DNA of 64,000 bases from an uncultured Actinomycetota bacterium (GCA_963826375.1 CAWGWN010000003.1:64352-128351); one strand, 5' to 3'; positions 21,160 through 31,495 are shown, counted from the stretch's first letter. Notes: a model not told the origin generated them from the sequence alone. A program made the numbers and translations.

Positions 21160-21786
21160 TCACTGCGCCCGCGGCTGGACGACGCACCAGGGGACCGGCC
21201 AGCCGGCGACCGCGAGACGGCGGGTGGCGAACGCGTCGACGTCCAGCGCCTGAACGCTGCCGGCGGACGGGTCGTAGACCTCGAGGCCCGGCCCGGTCTC
21301 GCTGGCGACGAGCAGGGTGACATGGCGCGGCAGCGTCGAGCTGCCGAGGTAGAGCAGCGCCGGCAGATCCTGCCCCACCCGGTCCCGGACCTGTCCGACC
21401 CGCTCACGCAGCCCCTGCTCGCTCCCCCACCGGCACCAGCGGACCTCATACCGGGTCCCAGCCGGGGCGGCGCCGTTCTCGAGCTCGGCCCGGGCACCCC
21501 AGGGCGGCGTGCCGAGCCGGCGGGGCCAGGGCAGCTGGAGCCGGCGTCCCGGGCCGACCAGGGCGGTCGTCCGAGCCAGCACCTGCTCCTCCACCGCCGC
21601 CAGCCGCTCGTCCGGGGTCGATCCGGCCGGCAGCGTCTGATCCTCGCTCGTCCCCTCGCTCACCCACCCCGCGAAGGTCGGGTCGGCGAGCATCCGGGCG
21701 ACGGTCAGCGACGACGACCCGCAGGTGAACGCGCTGTGCTGCACCGGCAGGTGGTCGCCCACCTGGATCCGGAACGGCTGGGCCAT
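21160..21786 (-). CDS. Hypothetical protein with papain/C39-like peptidase motifs
   Basis: PVQHSAFTCGSSSL (Q..C), LPRHVTL (H) and VYDPSAG (D). Confidence 0.65.
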   Translation of the reverse strand: MAQPFRIQVGDHLPVQHSAFTCGSSSLTVARMLADPTFAGWVSEGTSEDQTLPAGSTPDERLAAVEEQVLARTTALVGPGRRLQLPWPRRLGTPPWGARAELENGAAPAGTRYEVRWCRWGSEQGLRERVGQVRDRVGQDLPALLYLGSSTLPRHVTLLVASETGPGLEVYDPSAGSVQALDVDAFATRRLAVAGWPVPWCVVQPRAQ

Positions 21787-21848
21787 GAGGCCATTGTCAC
21801 GCGGCGGCCCGCCCAGGCCGGATGCTACTCACGGGTAACCTTCGAGCC

Positions 21849-22026
21849 ATGGACACCCTCGCGCTCTACCGCAGGCTCGAGCATCGCCGAGACCGACCCG
21901 CAGCAGTGGGCCGGCACTGACCCTGACGTGCCCGTCCGGGTGCGGGCGGTGCGCACCGACGGCCTGGTCGCGGCCGAGGGCGTCATCCGGCTCTGGGTCA
22001 CCCCGAGGGCACCCGCCACGGCATAG
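21849..22026 (+). pseudogene. Internally deleted DUF4442/hotdog-fold thioesterase remnant
   Basis: N-terminus MDTLALYRRL joined out of frame to IAETDPQQWAGTDPDVPVRVRAVRTDGLVAAEGVIRLWVTPR; intact TAACCT-N7-ATG; family assigned from recall. Confidence 0.65.
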
Positions 22027-22039
22027 CGGCCAGGCCGCA

Positions 22040-22059
22040 CGGCATACCCCCGTATGCCG
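22040..22059. terminator. Hairpin CGGCATAC-CCCC-GTATGCCG downstream of clpX
   Basis: Perfect 8-bp stem between convergent genes, formed from two copies of the iterated octamer. Confidence 0.65.
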
Positions 22060-22073
22060 GGAGCGCGCGACCG

Positions 22074-23360
22074 TCAGGCACTCTCCTTGCGCTGGGTGCG
22101 CTTCGCCCGGGCGGGGACCTCACGGCGGACGATCGTCGGGTTGACGTTGTCGAGGACCACCTCGCGGGTCACCACGACGCGGGCGATGTCGTCCTGGCTG
22201 GGCACGTCGAACATCACCGGGAGGAGCACCTCCTCCATGATCGCGCGCAGCCCCCGAGCGCCGATCCCGCGCAGCAGCGCCTGGTCGGCGACGGCCTCGA
22301 TGGCCTCCTGGGTGAACTCGAGCTCGACGCCGTCGATGTCGAACATCTTCTGGTACTGCTTCACCAGCGCGTTGCGCGGCTCGGTGAGGATCTGCACGAG
22401 AGCCGCCTGGTCGAGCGGGCTCACGGTGGTGATGACCGGGAGCCGGCCGATGAACTCGGGGATGAGCCCGAACTTCATCAGGTCCTCGGGCATGACCTCG
22501 TGGATCGACTCGGCGAGGTCCTTCGGGGTGTGCAGCTCGGAGCCGAAGCCGAGGCCCTTCTTGCCGTTGCGCGACTCGATCAGCTTCTCCAGCCCGGCGA
22601 AGGCACCCCCGACGATGAAGAGCACGTTCGTCGTGTCGATCTGGATGAACTCCTGGTGCGGGTGCTTGCGTCCGCCCTGCGGCGGCACCGAGGCCGTGGT
22701 CCCCTCGAGGATCTTCAGCAGGGCCTGCTGCACGCCCTCGCCGGACACGTCGCGGGTGATCGACGGGTTCTCGCTCTTGCGGGCGATCTTGTCGACCTCG
22801 TCGATGTAGATGATGCCCGTCTCGGCCTTCTTGACGTCGTAGTCGGCCGCCTGGATGAGCTTGAGCAGGATGTTCTCGACGTCCTCACCGACATAGCCCG
22901 CTTCGGTGAGCGCGGTGGCGTCGGCGATGGCGAACGGCACGTTGAGCATCCGGGCCAACGTCTGCGCCAGGTAGGTCTTGCCGCAGCCGGTCGGGCCGAT
23001 GAGCAGGATGTTGGACTTGCTGATGTCGACGTGGTCGGCGTCCTTCTTCGCCGGGCCGCCCTCGCCCGCCTGGATCCGCTTGTAGTGGTTGTAGACCGCG
23101 ACGGCGAGAGCCCGCTTGGCGACGTCCTGGCCGATGACGTAGTTCTCGAGGAAGTCGAAGATCTCGCGCGGCTTGGGCAGCTCGTCGAGGCCGAGCTCGG
23201 ACGACTCCGCGAGCTCCTCCTCGATGATCTCGTTGCAGAGGTCGATGCACTCGTCGCAGATGTAGACACCCGGCCCGGCGATCAGCTTCTTGACCTGCTT
23301 CTGCGACTTGCCGCAGAACGAGCACTTGAGCAGGTCGCCACCGTCTCCGATGCGTGCCAC
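22074..23360 (-). CDS. clpX: ATP-dependent Clp protease ATP-binding subunit
   Basis: CSFCGKSQ zinc finger, [14 protein letters not shown] and GGRKHP; GGAGG RBS. Confidence 0.98.
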   Translation of the reverse strand: MARIGDGGDLLKCSFCGKSQKQVKKLIAGPGVYICDECIDLCNEIIEEELAESSELGLDELPKPREIFDFLENYVIGQDVAKRALAVAVYNHYKRIQAGEGGPAKKDADHVDISKSNILLIGPTGCGKTYLAQTLARMLNVPFAIADATALTEAGYVGEDVENILLKLIQAADYDVKKAETGIIYIDEVDKIARKSENPSITRDVSGEGVQQALLKILEGTTASVPPQGGRKHPHQEFIQIDTTNVLFIVGGAFAGLEKLIESRNGKKGLGFGSELHTPKDLAESIHEVMPEDLMKFGLIPEFIGRLPVITTVSPLDQAALVQILTEPRNALVKQYQKMFDIDGVELEFTQEAIEAVADQALLRGIGARGLRAIMEEVLLPVMFDVPSQDDIARVVVTREVVLDNVNPTIVRREVPARAKRTQRKESA

Positions 23361-23614
23361 GTGGTGCCTCCTGTTGCTGTGCTGCGGTTGGCGCGTTTGC
23401 TGGTGCGACGGTACCTGTCCAGGGCGGGCTATGCCCCCTATTACACGCGGACGCCCGGCGCGCCGCACCCGCTGAAGGGTGCGTTCCGCTGTCGGCTGAC
23501 AAATCCCTGGGTGGTGGACCGGCCGGGCCGCGGCGCCGGTGACCTCTGACGCGGAACGGCCAGCCGCCCGAGGACGGGTGACCGGCCGAACCACACTGTC
23601 GGGCCGCAGCCGGG

Positions 23615-24280
23615 CTACGTCGCGAACGAGGTCTTCCGCGAGAGCAGCACCTCGTCGATGAGGCCGTAGGCCTTGGCCTCGGCGGCCGAGAGGATCTTGT
23701 CGCGCTCGATGTCCTCGTTGACCTGCTCCGGGGTCCTGCCGGTGTGCCCGGCCAGGGTCTCCTCGAGCCAGGTCCGCATCCGCAGCACCTCGTTGGCCTG
23801 GATCTCCAGGTCGGAGGCCTGGCCGAAGTCCCCACCGGCGAGCGCGGGCTGGTGGATGAGGATCCGGGCGTTGGGCAGCGCGAACCGCTTGCCAGGGGCT
23901 CCCGCGGCGGTGAGCACGGCAGCCGCCGAGGCGGCCTGACCCACGACGAAGGTCTGCACGTCCGGGCGGATGTACTGCATCGTGTCGTAGATCGCCGTCA
24001 TGGCGGTGAAGGAGCCGCCGGGGCTGTTGATGTAGAGGATGATGTCGCGGTCCGGGTCCTGGGACTCGAGCACGATGAGCTGAGCGATGATGTCGTCAGC
24101 CGAGGCGTCGTCGACCTGGACCCCGAGGAAGATGATCCGGTCCTCGAACATCTTCGTGTAGGGGTCAAGCCGCTTCATGCCGTACGAGGTGCGCTCCTCG
24201 AACTGCGGCAGGATGTAACGGCTCGACGGCTGCGGCACGCGCAGACCACCGGCGGTGGCACCGAACGGGTTCACTGTCAT
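23615..24280 (-). CDS. clpP2: Clp protease proteolytic subunit 2
   Basis: [18 protein letters not shown] and RILIHQP. Confidence 0.95.
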   Translation of the reverse strand: MTVNPFGATAGGLRVPQPSSRYILPQFEERTSYGMKRLDPYTKMFEDRIIFLGVQVDDASADDIIAQLIVLESQDPDRDIILYINSPGGSFTAMTAIYDTMQYIRPDVQTFVVGQAASAAAVLTAAGAPGKRFALPNARILIHQPALAGGDFGQASDLEIQANEVLRMRTWLEETLAGHTGRTPEQVNEDIERDKILSAAEAKAYGLIDEVLLSRKTSFAT

Positions 24281-24309
24281 GGCTTCTCCAATAGTCCGGT
24301 CTGCTGCCG

Positions 24310-24987
24310 TCACGAGCCGGCCGGCGTCTCGCCGGCCGCCTCGTCTGCCTTGTCGCCGGTCAGGGGCGAGTCGCGCTTCGAGGTGGTGCGCTCCGCCTGC
24401 TCTGCCCGGGTGAACACGTGGTCGACGAAGCCGTACTGCTTGGCCTCCTCGGCGGCGAACCAGCGGTCGCGGTCGGAGTCCTTCTCGATCTGCGCGACAG
24501 TCTGCCCCGTGTGCTCGGCGATCAGCTCGGCCATCTGCTTCTTGATGTGCAGCATCTGCTCCGCCTGGATCTTGATGTCGCTGGCCGTGCCGCCGATGCC
24601 GCCGGACGGCTGGTGCATCATCACGCGGGCGTGCGGCGTCGCATACCGCTTGCCGGGGGTCCCGGCGCTGAGCAGGAACTGGCCCATCGACGCGGCCATG
24701 CCCATCGCCACGGTCGCGACGTCGTTCGGCACCCACTGCATCGTGTCGAAGATCGCCATCCCCGCAGTCACCGAGCCGCCCGGGCTGTTGATGTAGAGCC
24801 AGATGTCCTTGTCCGCGTCCTCTGCCGCGAGAAGCAGCATCTGGGCACAGATCGCGTTGGCGTTGTCGTCGCGCACCTCGGAGCCGAGGAAGATGATCCG
24901 CTCCTTGAGCAAGCGGTTGTAGATGTGGTCGTCCAGGCCGCCGGCCATGCCTTCACCGGCGGCGACGATCTCGGTCCTGTGGGCCAC
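24310..24987 (-). CDS. clpP1: Clp protease proteolytic subunit 1
   Basis: [29 protein letters not shown] and MMHQP; GTG at 24987 after GGAG (alternative ATG at 24999). Confidence 0.95.
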   Translation of the reverse strand: MAHRTEIVAAGEGMAGGLDDHIYNRLLKERIIFLGSEVRDDNANAICAQMLLLAAEDADKDIWLYINSPGGSVTAGMAIFDTMQWVPNDVATVAMGMAASMGQFLLSAGTPGKRYATPHARVMMHQPSGGIGGTASDIKIQAEQMLHIKKQMAELIAEHTGQTVAQIEKDSDRDRWFAAEEAKQYGFVDHVFTRAEQAERTTSKRDSPLTGDKADEAAGETPAGS

Positions 24988-25074
24988 CTTGGTCTCCATC
25001 GTCAATAGGTTGAGCCTGCTGCTGTCAATGACCCTAACGTCCGCCCGCGACGCAGGAATCCCCAAAACGGCGGT

Positions 25075-25088
25075 GTTCGCCCTGAGCG
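25075..25088. promoter_or_regulatory. ClgR-type operator GTTCGC-N5-GCG upstream of clpP1P2
   Basis: Exact match to the Streptomyces ClgR consensus; TAGGGT -10 on the minus strand at 25031-25036. Confidence 0.75.
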
Positions 25089-25160
25089 CACAGCGCCCCC
25101 GCCGACGTGCCTGCCTCCAGCCCGTCCTGAGCCGAGGTCGATGGCTGGAGCCGGCCAGCC

Positions 25161-26564
25161 TCAACGGGCGACGGCGCTGACCTGCCAGCTCGACAGCACG
25201 TGGACCCAGCCCTTGAGGGCCGGGTTCGTCACCGGCGGGAAGGCCTCGAACGAGCCCGTCACGTCGAACCGCAGCTGGGTCGGGCCGGTGGTCGTCGCCA
25301 GGTCGAGAGCGTTGGTCGGGCCGAGCTCCGGCTGCACCGCGACCGACGTGGTCACGCCGGCCGGGGCCTGGAGGTCAGCGATCTCCGGCTGGACCGCGTC
25401 GTGCGGCCACAGCGTCACCTCGGTGGCTGACGTCGGGCTGACCGCGGTGAGCACTCCGACGAGCGCCACGGTGCTGTCGCCGGCGACGCCGGACGGCGCC
25501 TGGAGGGTCGCCGGCGTGTCAGTGACCAGGGCAGCGGTGCCGAGGCGGCTGGGCGAGTCCACCACCCTGGTCGGGGTCAGTGGGCGGAACCGCAGGTTCG
25601 GGCCGAGTCCTCCGTCGTCGTAGAAGCCCACGAGGTCGACGGTCACGTCGACTGCCGCGCTCCCAGAGTTGGCCAGCTCGACATCGAGCCCGCCGTCCGG
25701 TCCGGCCTGGACCGGCACCACAGCGAGGTTCGTCGCGGGGCGATCGGTGGAGTACGAGACGGTGGAGAGCGGAGGGCGGGCCCCATCGCCCCATACCGTC
25801 AGCGCTCCGGCCGCGCTCGGGGCCACCGCGGAGACGCGCAGGGCGAGCGCCACCACGTGGGCGGCGACGCCGCGGCCGAGGTCCACGCGCAGGCTGGTCT
25901 GACCGGTGGGGGGGACCGGACCGGCTGTCGGCGCTGCCAACGGACCGTCAGCCGGACCGGCGGACAGGTCGAAGACGGAGCCCTGGGCCGCTGGCTGGCT
26001 GTCGTAGAGCCGCACGGGGTCGGCTGGCTGGTAGCCGCCGCTGACCCCTCTGCTGGCGACGATCGTGTCGTCCGAGGCATAGAACCCGACGAGGTCCGCG
26101 GTGACGGCGACGGGGCCGCCGACGGCGCGCAGGTCGAACGAGCCGGTGGTGCCCAGGGGGAGCGTGAGCAGGGTCGAGACCGTGGCGCCGGGCGGCACGG
26201 TGACCATCGGCGTCTGCGACGCAGACGGCGTCCCGCCGGCACCGAGCATCGCCCCGGACGGGCCCGCGCCGGCCGTGACGTTGACCACGGCCGCCGAGAT
26301 GCCGCTGGACGGCAGCGCACCTTGGCCCACGACGGGGACGGTGACGTCGGTGTCTGCCGAGAGGGGGTAGCCGGCCCCGGAGCCGAGCAGCCGCTGGACC
26401 TCGGTCGGGTAGTAGGTGCCGGCAGCCGGGACGGCGTACGGCGCGCCACCGGGAGGGGTCGCCGCGAGGGCCGGAGAGAGCATGCCGACCCCGGCGACCG
26501 TCGCCAGGACGGCTGCAGCCAGCAGGCCGCGAAGGCGTCGTCCCCGGCGCAGGGCCTCTGGCAT
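25161..26564 (-). CDS. Secreted protein with three tandem ~130-aa beta-rich domains, no catalytic domain seen
   Basis: Sec signal ([16 protein letters not shown]...ALA); three P.R(L/V).D...D(L/V).G(F/S) units. Confidence 0.75.
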   Translation of the reverse strand: MPEALRRGRRLRGLLAAAVLATVAGVGMLSPALAATPPGGAPYAVPAAGTYYPTEVQRLLGSGAGYPLSADTDVTVPVVGQGALPSSGISAAVVNVTAGAGPSGAMLGAGGTPSASQTPMVTVPPGATVSTLLTLPLGTTGSFDLRAVGGPVAVTADLVGFYASDDTIVASRGVSGGYQPADPVRLYDSQPAAQGSVFDLSAGPADGPLAAPTAGPVPPTGQTSLRVDLGRGVAAHVVALALRVSAVAPSAAGALTVWGDGARPPLSTVSYSTDRPATNLAVVPVQAGPDGGLDVELANSGSAAVDVTVDLVGFYDDGGLGPNLRFRPLTPTRVVDSPSRLGTAALVTDTPATLQAPSGVAGDSTVALVGVLTAVSPTSATEVTLWPHDAVQPEIADLQAPAGVTTSVAVQPELGPTNALDLATTTGPTQLRFDVTGSFEAFPPVTNPALKGWVHVLSSWQVSAVAR

Positions 26565-26666
26565 CTCGTCCCACCTCTCAGGCGTCGTCGGCTCAACAGC
26601 GAACTCCCCATGTTACGGGGGGGACGCGAGGGGCGACAGCGGAACCGGATAGCGGTCCAGTAACAG

Positions 26667-26700
26667 GGCCGCAGCTCCCGAAGGGTCGGGGGCTGCGGCC
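26667..26700 (-). terminator. Hairpin terminator after tig
   Basis: GGCCGCAGC...GCTGCGGCC stem just downstream of the tig stop. Confidence 0.7.
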
Positions 26701-26712
26701 GGTGGTACGAGG

Positions 26713-28050
26713 TCAGGCCGGAGCGGGCTCGTCGGACTCGACGCGCTCGTCCGCTCCGTCCTGCTGGGTGTCCTGCTCGGTGTCCTGCGCGTCGACCTCG
26801 TTGAGGTCGATCTCAGCGCCGTCCGTGTCGACGACCTTGGCGAGCTCGAGGACGTGTGCCAGCGCCTTGCGGCGGCCGACCTCGGCCACCATCGCCGGCA
26901 CCTGGCCCTGGCTGTCGATCGCCTGGGCGAACTGGTTCGGGTCCATGCCGTACTGCTGGGCCGACATGACGATGTACTCGATGAGCTCGGGCTGCTCGAC
27001 CTGGATCTCTTCCTTCTCGACGATCGCGTCGAGCAGGAACTGGGCCTTCAGCGCCTTGCGGGTGCTCGCGTCGACCTCGGCGCGGTGCTCGTCGTCCTCG
27101 ACCCGGCTCTCGCCTTCGAGGTGGGAGGTGACCTCGGCCTCGACGATGCTGTCCGGCACGGGGATCTCGACGGAGTCCATCAGGTGCTCGAGGATCCGGT
27201 CGCGGGCCTGCACCCCCTGCTCGAACCGCTTGGCCTGCTGCGCCTGCTTGACGACGTCGGCGCGCAGCTCCTCAAGGGTGTCGAACTCCGAGGCGAGCTG
27301 GGCGAAGTCGTCGTCGAGATCGGGCAGCTCTCGCTCCTTGACCGACTGGACGGTGACGACGCATTCGGCGTCCTCACCCTCCTTGTCGCCGCCGGCGAGG
27401 GGGGCGGTGAAGGTGGTGGTCTCCTCGGCGCTGAGGCCGACCAGGGCCTCGTCCAGGCCCTCGAGCATGTTCTTGCTGCCGACCTCGTAGGAGACGCCGG
27501 TGACCGAGTCGATCTCCTCGTCGCCGATGGTGGCCCGCAGGTCGATCGAGACGAAGTCGCCGTCCTGAGCGGCTCGGTCCACGCCCTTCAGCGTGCCGAA
27601 GCGCTGCCGCAGCGCGGTGAGGCGCTCCTCGATGTCCTCGTCCGTGGCGGTGACCGCGTCGACCTCGACCCGGATGCCGGCGTAGTCCGGCAGGGTGATC
27701 TCCGGGCGGACGTCGACCTCGACGGTGAACTTGAGGTCCTGGCCCTCCTCGCCGGGGACCTCGGTCACGTCGATCTCGGGCTGGCCGAGCGGGCGGACCT
27801 TGAACTCGTCGATGGCCTGGCCGTAGAAACGTGGCAGGGCCTCGTTGACGGCCTCCTGGAGCACCGCACCGCGGCCCACCCGCTGGTCGATGATGCGGGA
27901 CGGCACCTTGCCCTTGCGGAAGCCGGGCACCTGGATCTGCTGGCCGATCGTCGTGTAGGCCGTGTCGAGGCTCGGCTTGAGCTCCTCGTAGGGGACCTCG
28001 ACGGTCATCTTGACCCGGGTCGGGTTGAGGGTCTCGAGGGCACTCTTCAC
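26713..28050 (-). CDS. tig: Trigger factor
   Basis: KSALETLNPTRVKMTVEVP and VPGFRKGKVP. Confidence 0.97.
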   Translation of the reverse strand: MKSALETLNPTRVKMTVEVPYEELKPSLDTAYTTIGQQIQVPGFRKGKVPSRIIDQRVGRGAVLQEAVNEALPRFYGQAIDEFKVRPLGQPEIDVTEVPGEEGQDLKFTVEVDVRPEITLPDYAGIRVEVDAVTATDEDIEERLTALRQRFGTLKGVDRAAQDGDFVSIDLRATIGDEEIDSVTGVSYEVGSKNMLEGLDEALVGLSAEETTTFTAPLAGGDKEGEDAECVVTVQSVKERELPDLDDDFAQLASEFDTLEELRADVVKQAQQAKRFEQGVQARDRILEHLMDSVEIPVPDSIVEAEVTSHLEGESRVEDDEHRAEVDASTRKALKAQFLLDAIVEKEEIQVEQPELIEYIVMSAQQYGMDPNQFAQAIDSQGQVPAMVAEVGRRKALAHVLELAKVVDTDGAEIDLNEVDAQDTEQDTQQDGADERVESDEPAPA

Positions 28051-28203
28051 TGCGGGTTCTCCGAACATGGTGAGGTGGGATGACGAGCGGGGTTCGCGCG
28101 GCGAAGAACGTGCGGGTGTCGCGCACCCCGCATCCAGCCGCCCCAAGGATCCATGTTAGCCGCTCGGCGTGCTGAGGCCGAATGCGTGGCTAGGTTGGGA
28201 GCC

Positions 28204-28740
28204 ATGACCCCTCGCGAGCAGCCGTCGCCCATGGACGCGCCCGGTCCCGGCGCCGTCACCCCGGTCCTGCAGTCGCTGAGGGTCCTCGTTGGGGGCGTGG
28301 CAGGCGGCATCGCGGTCATGGCGCTCGCCCTCGCATTCATCCTCACCTTCAGCCCACCCCCGATGGTGGCCGTGGCCGGTCTGCTGGCCCTCGGCCTCGC
28401 CGTCCACCTCGTGGCCCGGGCCGTCGGCTACCGGGCGTCTCCGGTGCCGCGGCAGGCTGCTCCCGAGGTGGCCTCCGCCCAGGCGATGCGGGTCTTCCGG
28501 TCCCTGCTGATGCTCCGCATGGCGATGTCCGAGAGCGTGGTGCTCGTCGCCATGGTGCTGGCGTTCGTCACACCCGCCCGGTCCTGGTTCCTTGTCGCGC
28601 TCGGCGCCGCGCTCTCGCTCCTGCTCCTCGCACTGCACGTCTGGCCCTCGCGGTCCACCGGCGAGCAGGTGGTCACCCGTCTCGAGTCTGGCGGCGCCGT
28701 GACGGGGCTCGGGGCGGTGCTGGGCTGGGACGGTCGCTGA
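28204..28740 (+). CDS. Hypothetical four-TM membrane protein
   Basis: Four hydrophobic segments; TAGGTT-N7-ATG. Confidence 0.7.
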   Translation: MTPREQPSPMDAPGPGAVTPVLQSLRVLVGGVAGGIAVMALALAFILTFSPPPMVAVAGLLALGLAVHLVARAVGYRASPVPRQAAPEVASAQAMRVFRSLLMLRMAMSESVVLVAMVLAFVTPARSWFLVALGAALSLLLLALHVWPSRSTGEQVVTRLESGGAVTGLGAVLGWDGR

Positions 28741-28750
28741 GCCGCACCGG

Positions 28751-28824
28751 TCGGGGTAACAGGATTCGAACCTGCGGCCTTCCGCTCCCAAAGCGGACGC
28801 GCTACCAAGCTGCGCCATACCCCG
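28751..28824 (-). tRNA. tRNA-Pro(TGG)
   Basis: CGGGGTATGGCGCAGCTTGGTAGCGCG..TCCGC-TTTGGGA-GCGGA..GGTTCGAATCC..ACCCCGA; CCA not encoded. Confidence 0.97.
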
Positions 28825-28931
28825 TTACGTGCCCTCACGGCATACCGGTCCGTCAAGGGGCCGGGTTGGGTCGCCGCCAGTGCGGGCATTAGGCTAACGC
28901 CCCGGACGAGCCGGTCCTATCCGGGTCGCCC

Positions 28932-29005
28932 GCGGGCGTAGCTCAATGGTAGAGCCCCAGTCTTCCAAACTGGCTACGCGAGTTCGATTCTCGTCGCCCG
29001 CTCCA
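28932..29005 (+). tRNA. tRNA-Gly(TCC)
   Basis: GCGGGCGTAGCTCAATGGTAGAGC..CCAGT-CTTCCAA-ACTGG..GTTCGATTC..GCCCGCTCCA. Confidence 0.97.
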
Positions 29006-29028
29006 CGCCTTCCCCCTCGTCCATCTGC

Positions 29029-29442
29029 TCAGCCGACGAAGATGCAGAACGGATGCCCGGACGGGTCCGCGAGGACGTAGAGCGGCTCGTCCTCCTCGTC
29101 CGTGCGGTCCAGCAGCAGCACCGCCCCGAGCGCTTCCGCGCGCCGCCGCTGGCGCTTCAGGTCGTCGAGACTCGAGACCGTGAAGTCGAGGTGCATCTGC
29201 ATCGGGACGTCGTGGGCGGGCCAGGTTGTGCGCTCCAGGCGGTCCACCTGCTGGAAGGCGAGCTTGCGCGCACCCCCGGCGTCGACCAGCACGAGCCAGT
29301 CCGCCTCGTCGGGCGTCCCCTGCGGCGGCGTTTCGTCGCCCGGCCGGTACTGCAGGCCGAGGAGCTCTCGGTAGAACTCGGCGAGCGCCCGGGCGTCCAC
29401 CGTGTCGATGGCGACGTGCAGCAGCTGCGGGTAGTCGGACAC
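29029..29442 (-). CDS. VOC/glyoxalase family protein
   Basis: VAIDTVDARALAEFY...LAFQQV...MHLDF...DPSGHPFC; GGAGG RBS. Confidence 0.88.
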   Translation of the reverse strand: MSDYPQLLHVAIDTVDARALAEFYRELLGLQYRPGDETPPQGTPDEADWLVLVDAGGARKLAFQQVDRLERTTWPAHDVPMQMHLDFTVSSLDDLKRQRRRAEALGAVLLLDRTDEEDEPLYVLADPSGHPFCIFVG

Positions 29443-29539
29443 GATCGCCTCCTCTCTGCCTCGATCCTTCCATCGGCCCCGGACGCGCGCATCCGGCCGG
29501 CGACCGCGCCCCAGTCGACCTGGGGAAGAGCGGGCCGGC

Positions 29540-30568
29540 TCAGGCGGTGAGGAGCCGGATCGCGCAACGCAGGTCCGGAGCCCAGCGCACGTTCGGAGGC
29601 AGCGCCACCCGGGCCCACCCGTCCCCGCCGACGACGGACGGAGCCAGCATCCCGTCGGGAACGAGCCAGCTGCCCGGGGTGAGGGAGCCGCCCTCCACCC
29701 TGTGCGACCAGGACGATCCGGCCGGTGCGGCCGCGTCGGCACTCTGCCGCCAGATGAAGACCATCCGGGCGCCCATCCGACGGGCGGCCGTCGGCAGGGC
29801 TCCGACGGGCACCTGGTTGCCGACGACGATGGAGCCGATCCGCCGCTCGGTGAGCACCGCGCGCAGGATCTGCAGCGGCAACGTGTGCGCCTCGCCCGGC
29901 GCACACGCGAGCAGCACCGGTCGGCGTCGCTCCGGCGTCGGCAGGAAGCCGCAGTAACCCCGGATGGCCTCGATCATCGCCTCGGTCAGGACGTGCTCGA
30001 CCTCGAGGCCGTCCTGGTCGGTCGTCCCCCGCTGACCGATCGACTGCAGCAGAGGCGCCACGACCCCGAACCACGTCTCCTCGGCGCCGCGGCGCAGCAG
30101 CAGGTCGCTGATCTGCCCGCTCGTCCCGTCGGCGTCGAGCCGGACGACCGACCGGTCCAGCCCGCGGGCCGCCGACCGACCGCCGGACGTGCCAGCGGGT
30201 CTGGGCCCGGGGACAGCGCGTGGCCGGCCCATCTGGGTGAGCTCGGCTGGAGAGCCGTCGACCGCGGAGTCGGCGTGCCCCCCGAGCACCCGACGGGCTG
30301 CCTCAGAGGGGGTTATCCCCGCATCGACCAGGGCCTGCATGGTCCGCAGGCGGGCCACCTCGTCCGGGGCGTAGCGCCGATGTCCGCCCCCCGTCCTGGC
30401 GGCGGGCACGATGCCATACCGACGTCCCCAGCTGCGCAGCGTGGCTGGCGCCACGCGCAGCAGGGCGGCCACCGCTCCGACGCTGAGGTACTCCGGGAGG
30501 CCGTACCCCTCGCCGGCGCGCAGGCCGTCACCCGGGTAAGCCGGCTCGTAGCTGGCGTGCGTCATCAC
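29540..30568 (-). CDS. MerR-type HTH plus cobalamin-binding-like domain (CarH/LitR-like)
   Basis: VAALLRVAPATLRSWGRRYG..RTGGGHRRY; EH and GEAHTL (ExH) motifs. Confidence 0.85.
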   Translation of the reverse strand: MMTHASYEPAYPGDGLRAGEGYGLPEYLSVGAVAALLRVAPATLRSWGRRYGIVPAARTGGGHRRYAPDEVARLRTMQALVDAGITPSEAARRVLGGHADSAVDGSPAELTQMGRPRAVPGPRPAGTSGGRSAARGLDRSVVRLDADGTSGQISDLLLRRGAEETWFGVVAPLLQSIGQRGTTDQDGLEVEHVLTEAMIEAIRGYCGFLPTPERRRPVLLACAPGEAHTLPLQILRAVLTERRIGSIVVGNQVPVGALPTAARRMGARMVFIWRQSADAAAPAGSSWSHRVEGGSLTPGSWLVPDGMLAPSVVGGDGWARVALPPNVRWAPDLRCAIRLLTA

Positions 30569-30789
30569 GGCCGCCTGGGGCCCGGCACAGGCGAGGCGGG
30601 GGCCTGCGTGGTGACCGGCGCCACGCTGTTCCCGACCTGTTCGTGCTGAGCGTGAGGGGAGCGCACTCCTTCACGGTAGCCAGTTGTCAGATTGTTTACC
30701 GGCGTTCACGTATGGTCGACTGAGTTTGCGGCGGTTTGTCCCAAAGGTTCCAGATGCGGGCTTTAACGGCTATGCGAGGTATGCCCGGG

Positions 30790-31464
30790 TCACTCGGCGC
30801 GCTCGACCCGCAGCTCCGCCACCGGCCGCCCGGCGGCGCGCGCCTTCGCCTCGAAGCCCGCGACCGGTCGCCAGGGCGGACGCTCGACCTCGCGGACGGT
30901 GAATGCCCCATGCGCCAGGACCTGCTGGCGTACGTGGGCCGCGTAGCCGGCCTGGTCGGTGGCGAGGAGCAGGTGCCCGGTGGCCGACAGCCTGAGAGCG
31001 AGCAGGTCGAGCGTGTGGGCGCTGACGAAACGACGTTTCGCGTGCTTGACCTTCGGCCACGGGTCCGGGAAGAACAGGTGGACCGCGTCGAGGCTGGCTG
31101 GCCCGAGCCGCTCGGCGAGGAACAGCACGGCGTCCGTGTGCTCGATCCGCAGGTTCGCCACCCGCGCCGCGCCGGCAGCGGCGAGCATCCGGGCGATGCC
31201 GGGCGTATGCACGTCGATCGCGACGACGTCGTGCCCCGGATGGCTCACGGCATACGCGATCGCGGCCTCGCCGTGCCCGCAGCCGATCTCGAGGACCAGC
31301 GGCGCAGTCCGCCCGAACGTCCGCATCGGGTCGAGGCGTCCCGGCGGGACGGCGCGCTCCGGTCCCAGGGTGTCCAACCGAGCCCGGTTGACCGGCCCCA
31401 CCCGACCCCGCCGCGCGGAGAACGTGCGCACGAGGCTGGGGTGCCCCAGGTCGTGGGAGGTCAT
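30790..31464 (-). CDS. trmB: tRNA (guanine-N7)-methyltransferase
   Basis: VLEIGCGHG and FFPDPWPKVKHAKRR. Confidence 0.93.
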   Translation of the reverse strand: MTSHDLGHPSLVRTFSARRGRVGPVNRARLDTLGPERAVPPGRLDPMRTFGRTAPLVLEIGCGHGEAAIAYAVSHPGHDVVAIDVHTPGIARMLAAAGAARVANLRIEHTDAVLFLAERLGPASLDAVHLFFPDPWPKVKHAKRRFVSAHTLDLLALRLSATGHLLLATDQAGYAAHVRQQVLAHGAFTVREVERPPWRPVAGFEAKARAAGRPVAELRVERAE

Positions 31465-31495
31465 GAACCGTTCGCTCCGGGCCCAGATCGCCTGG

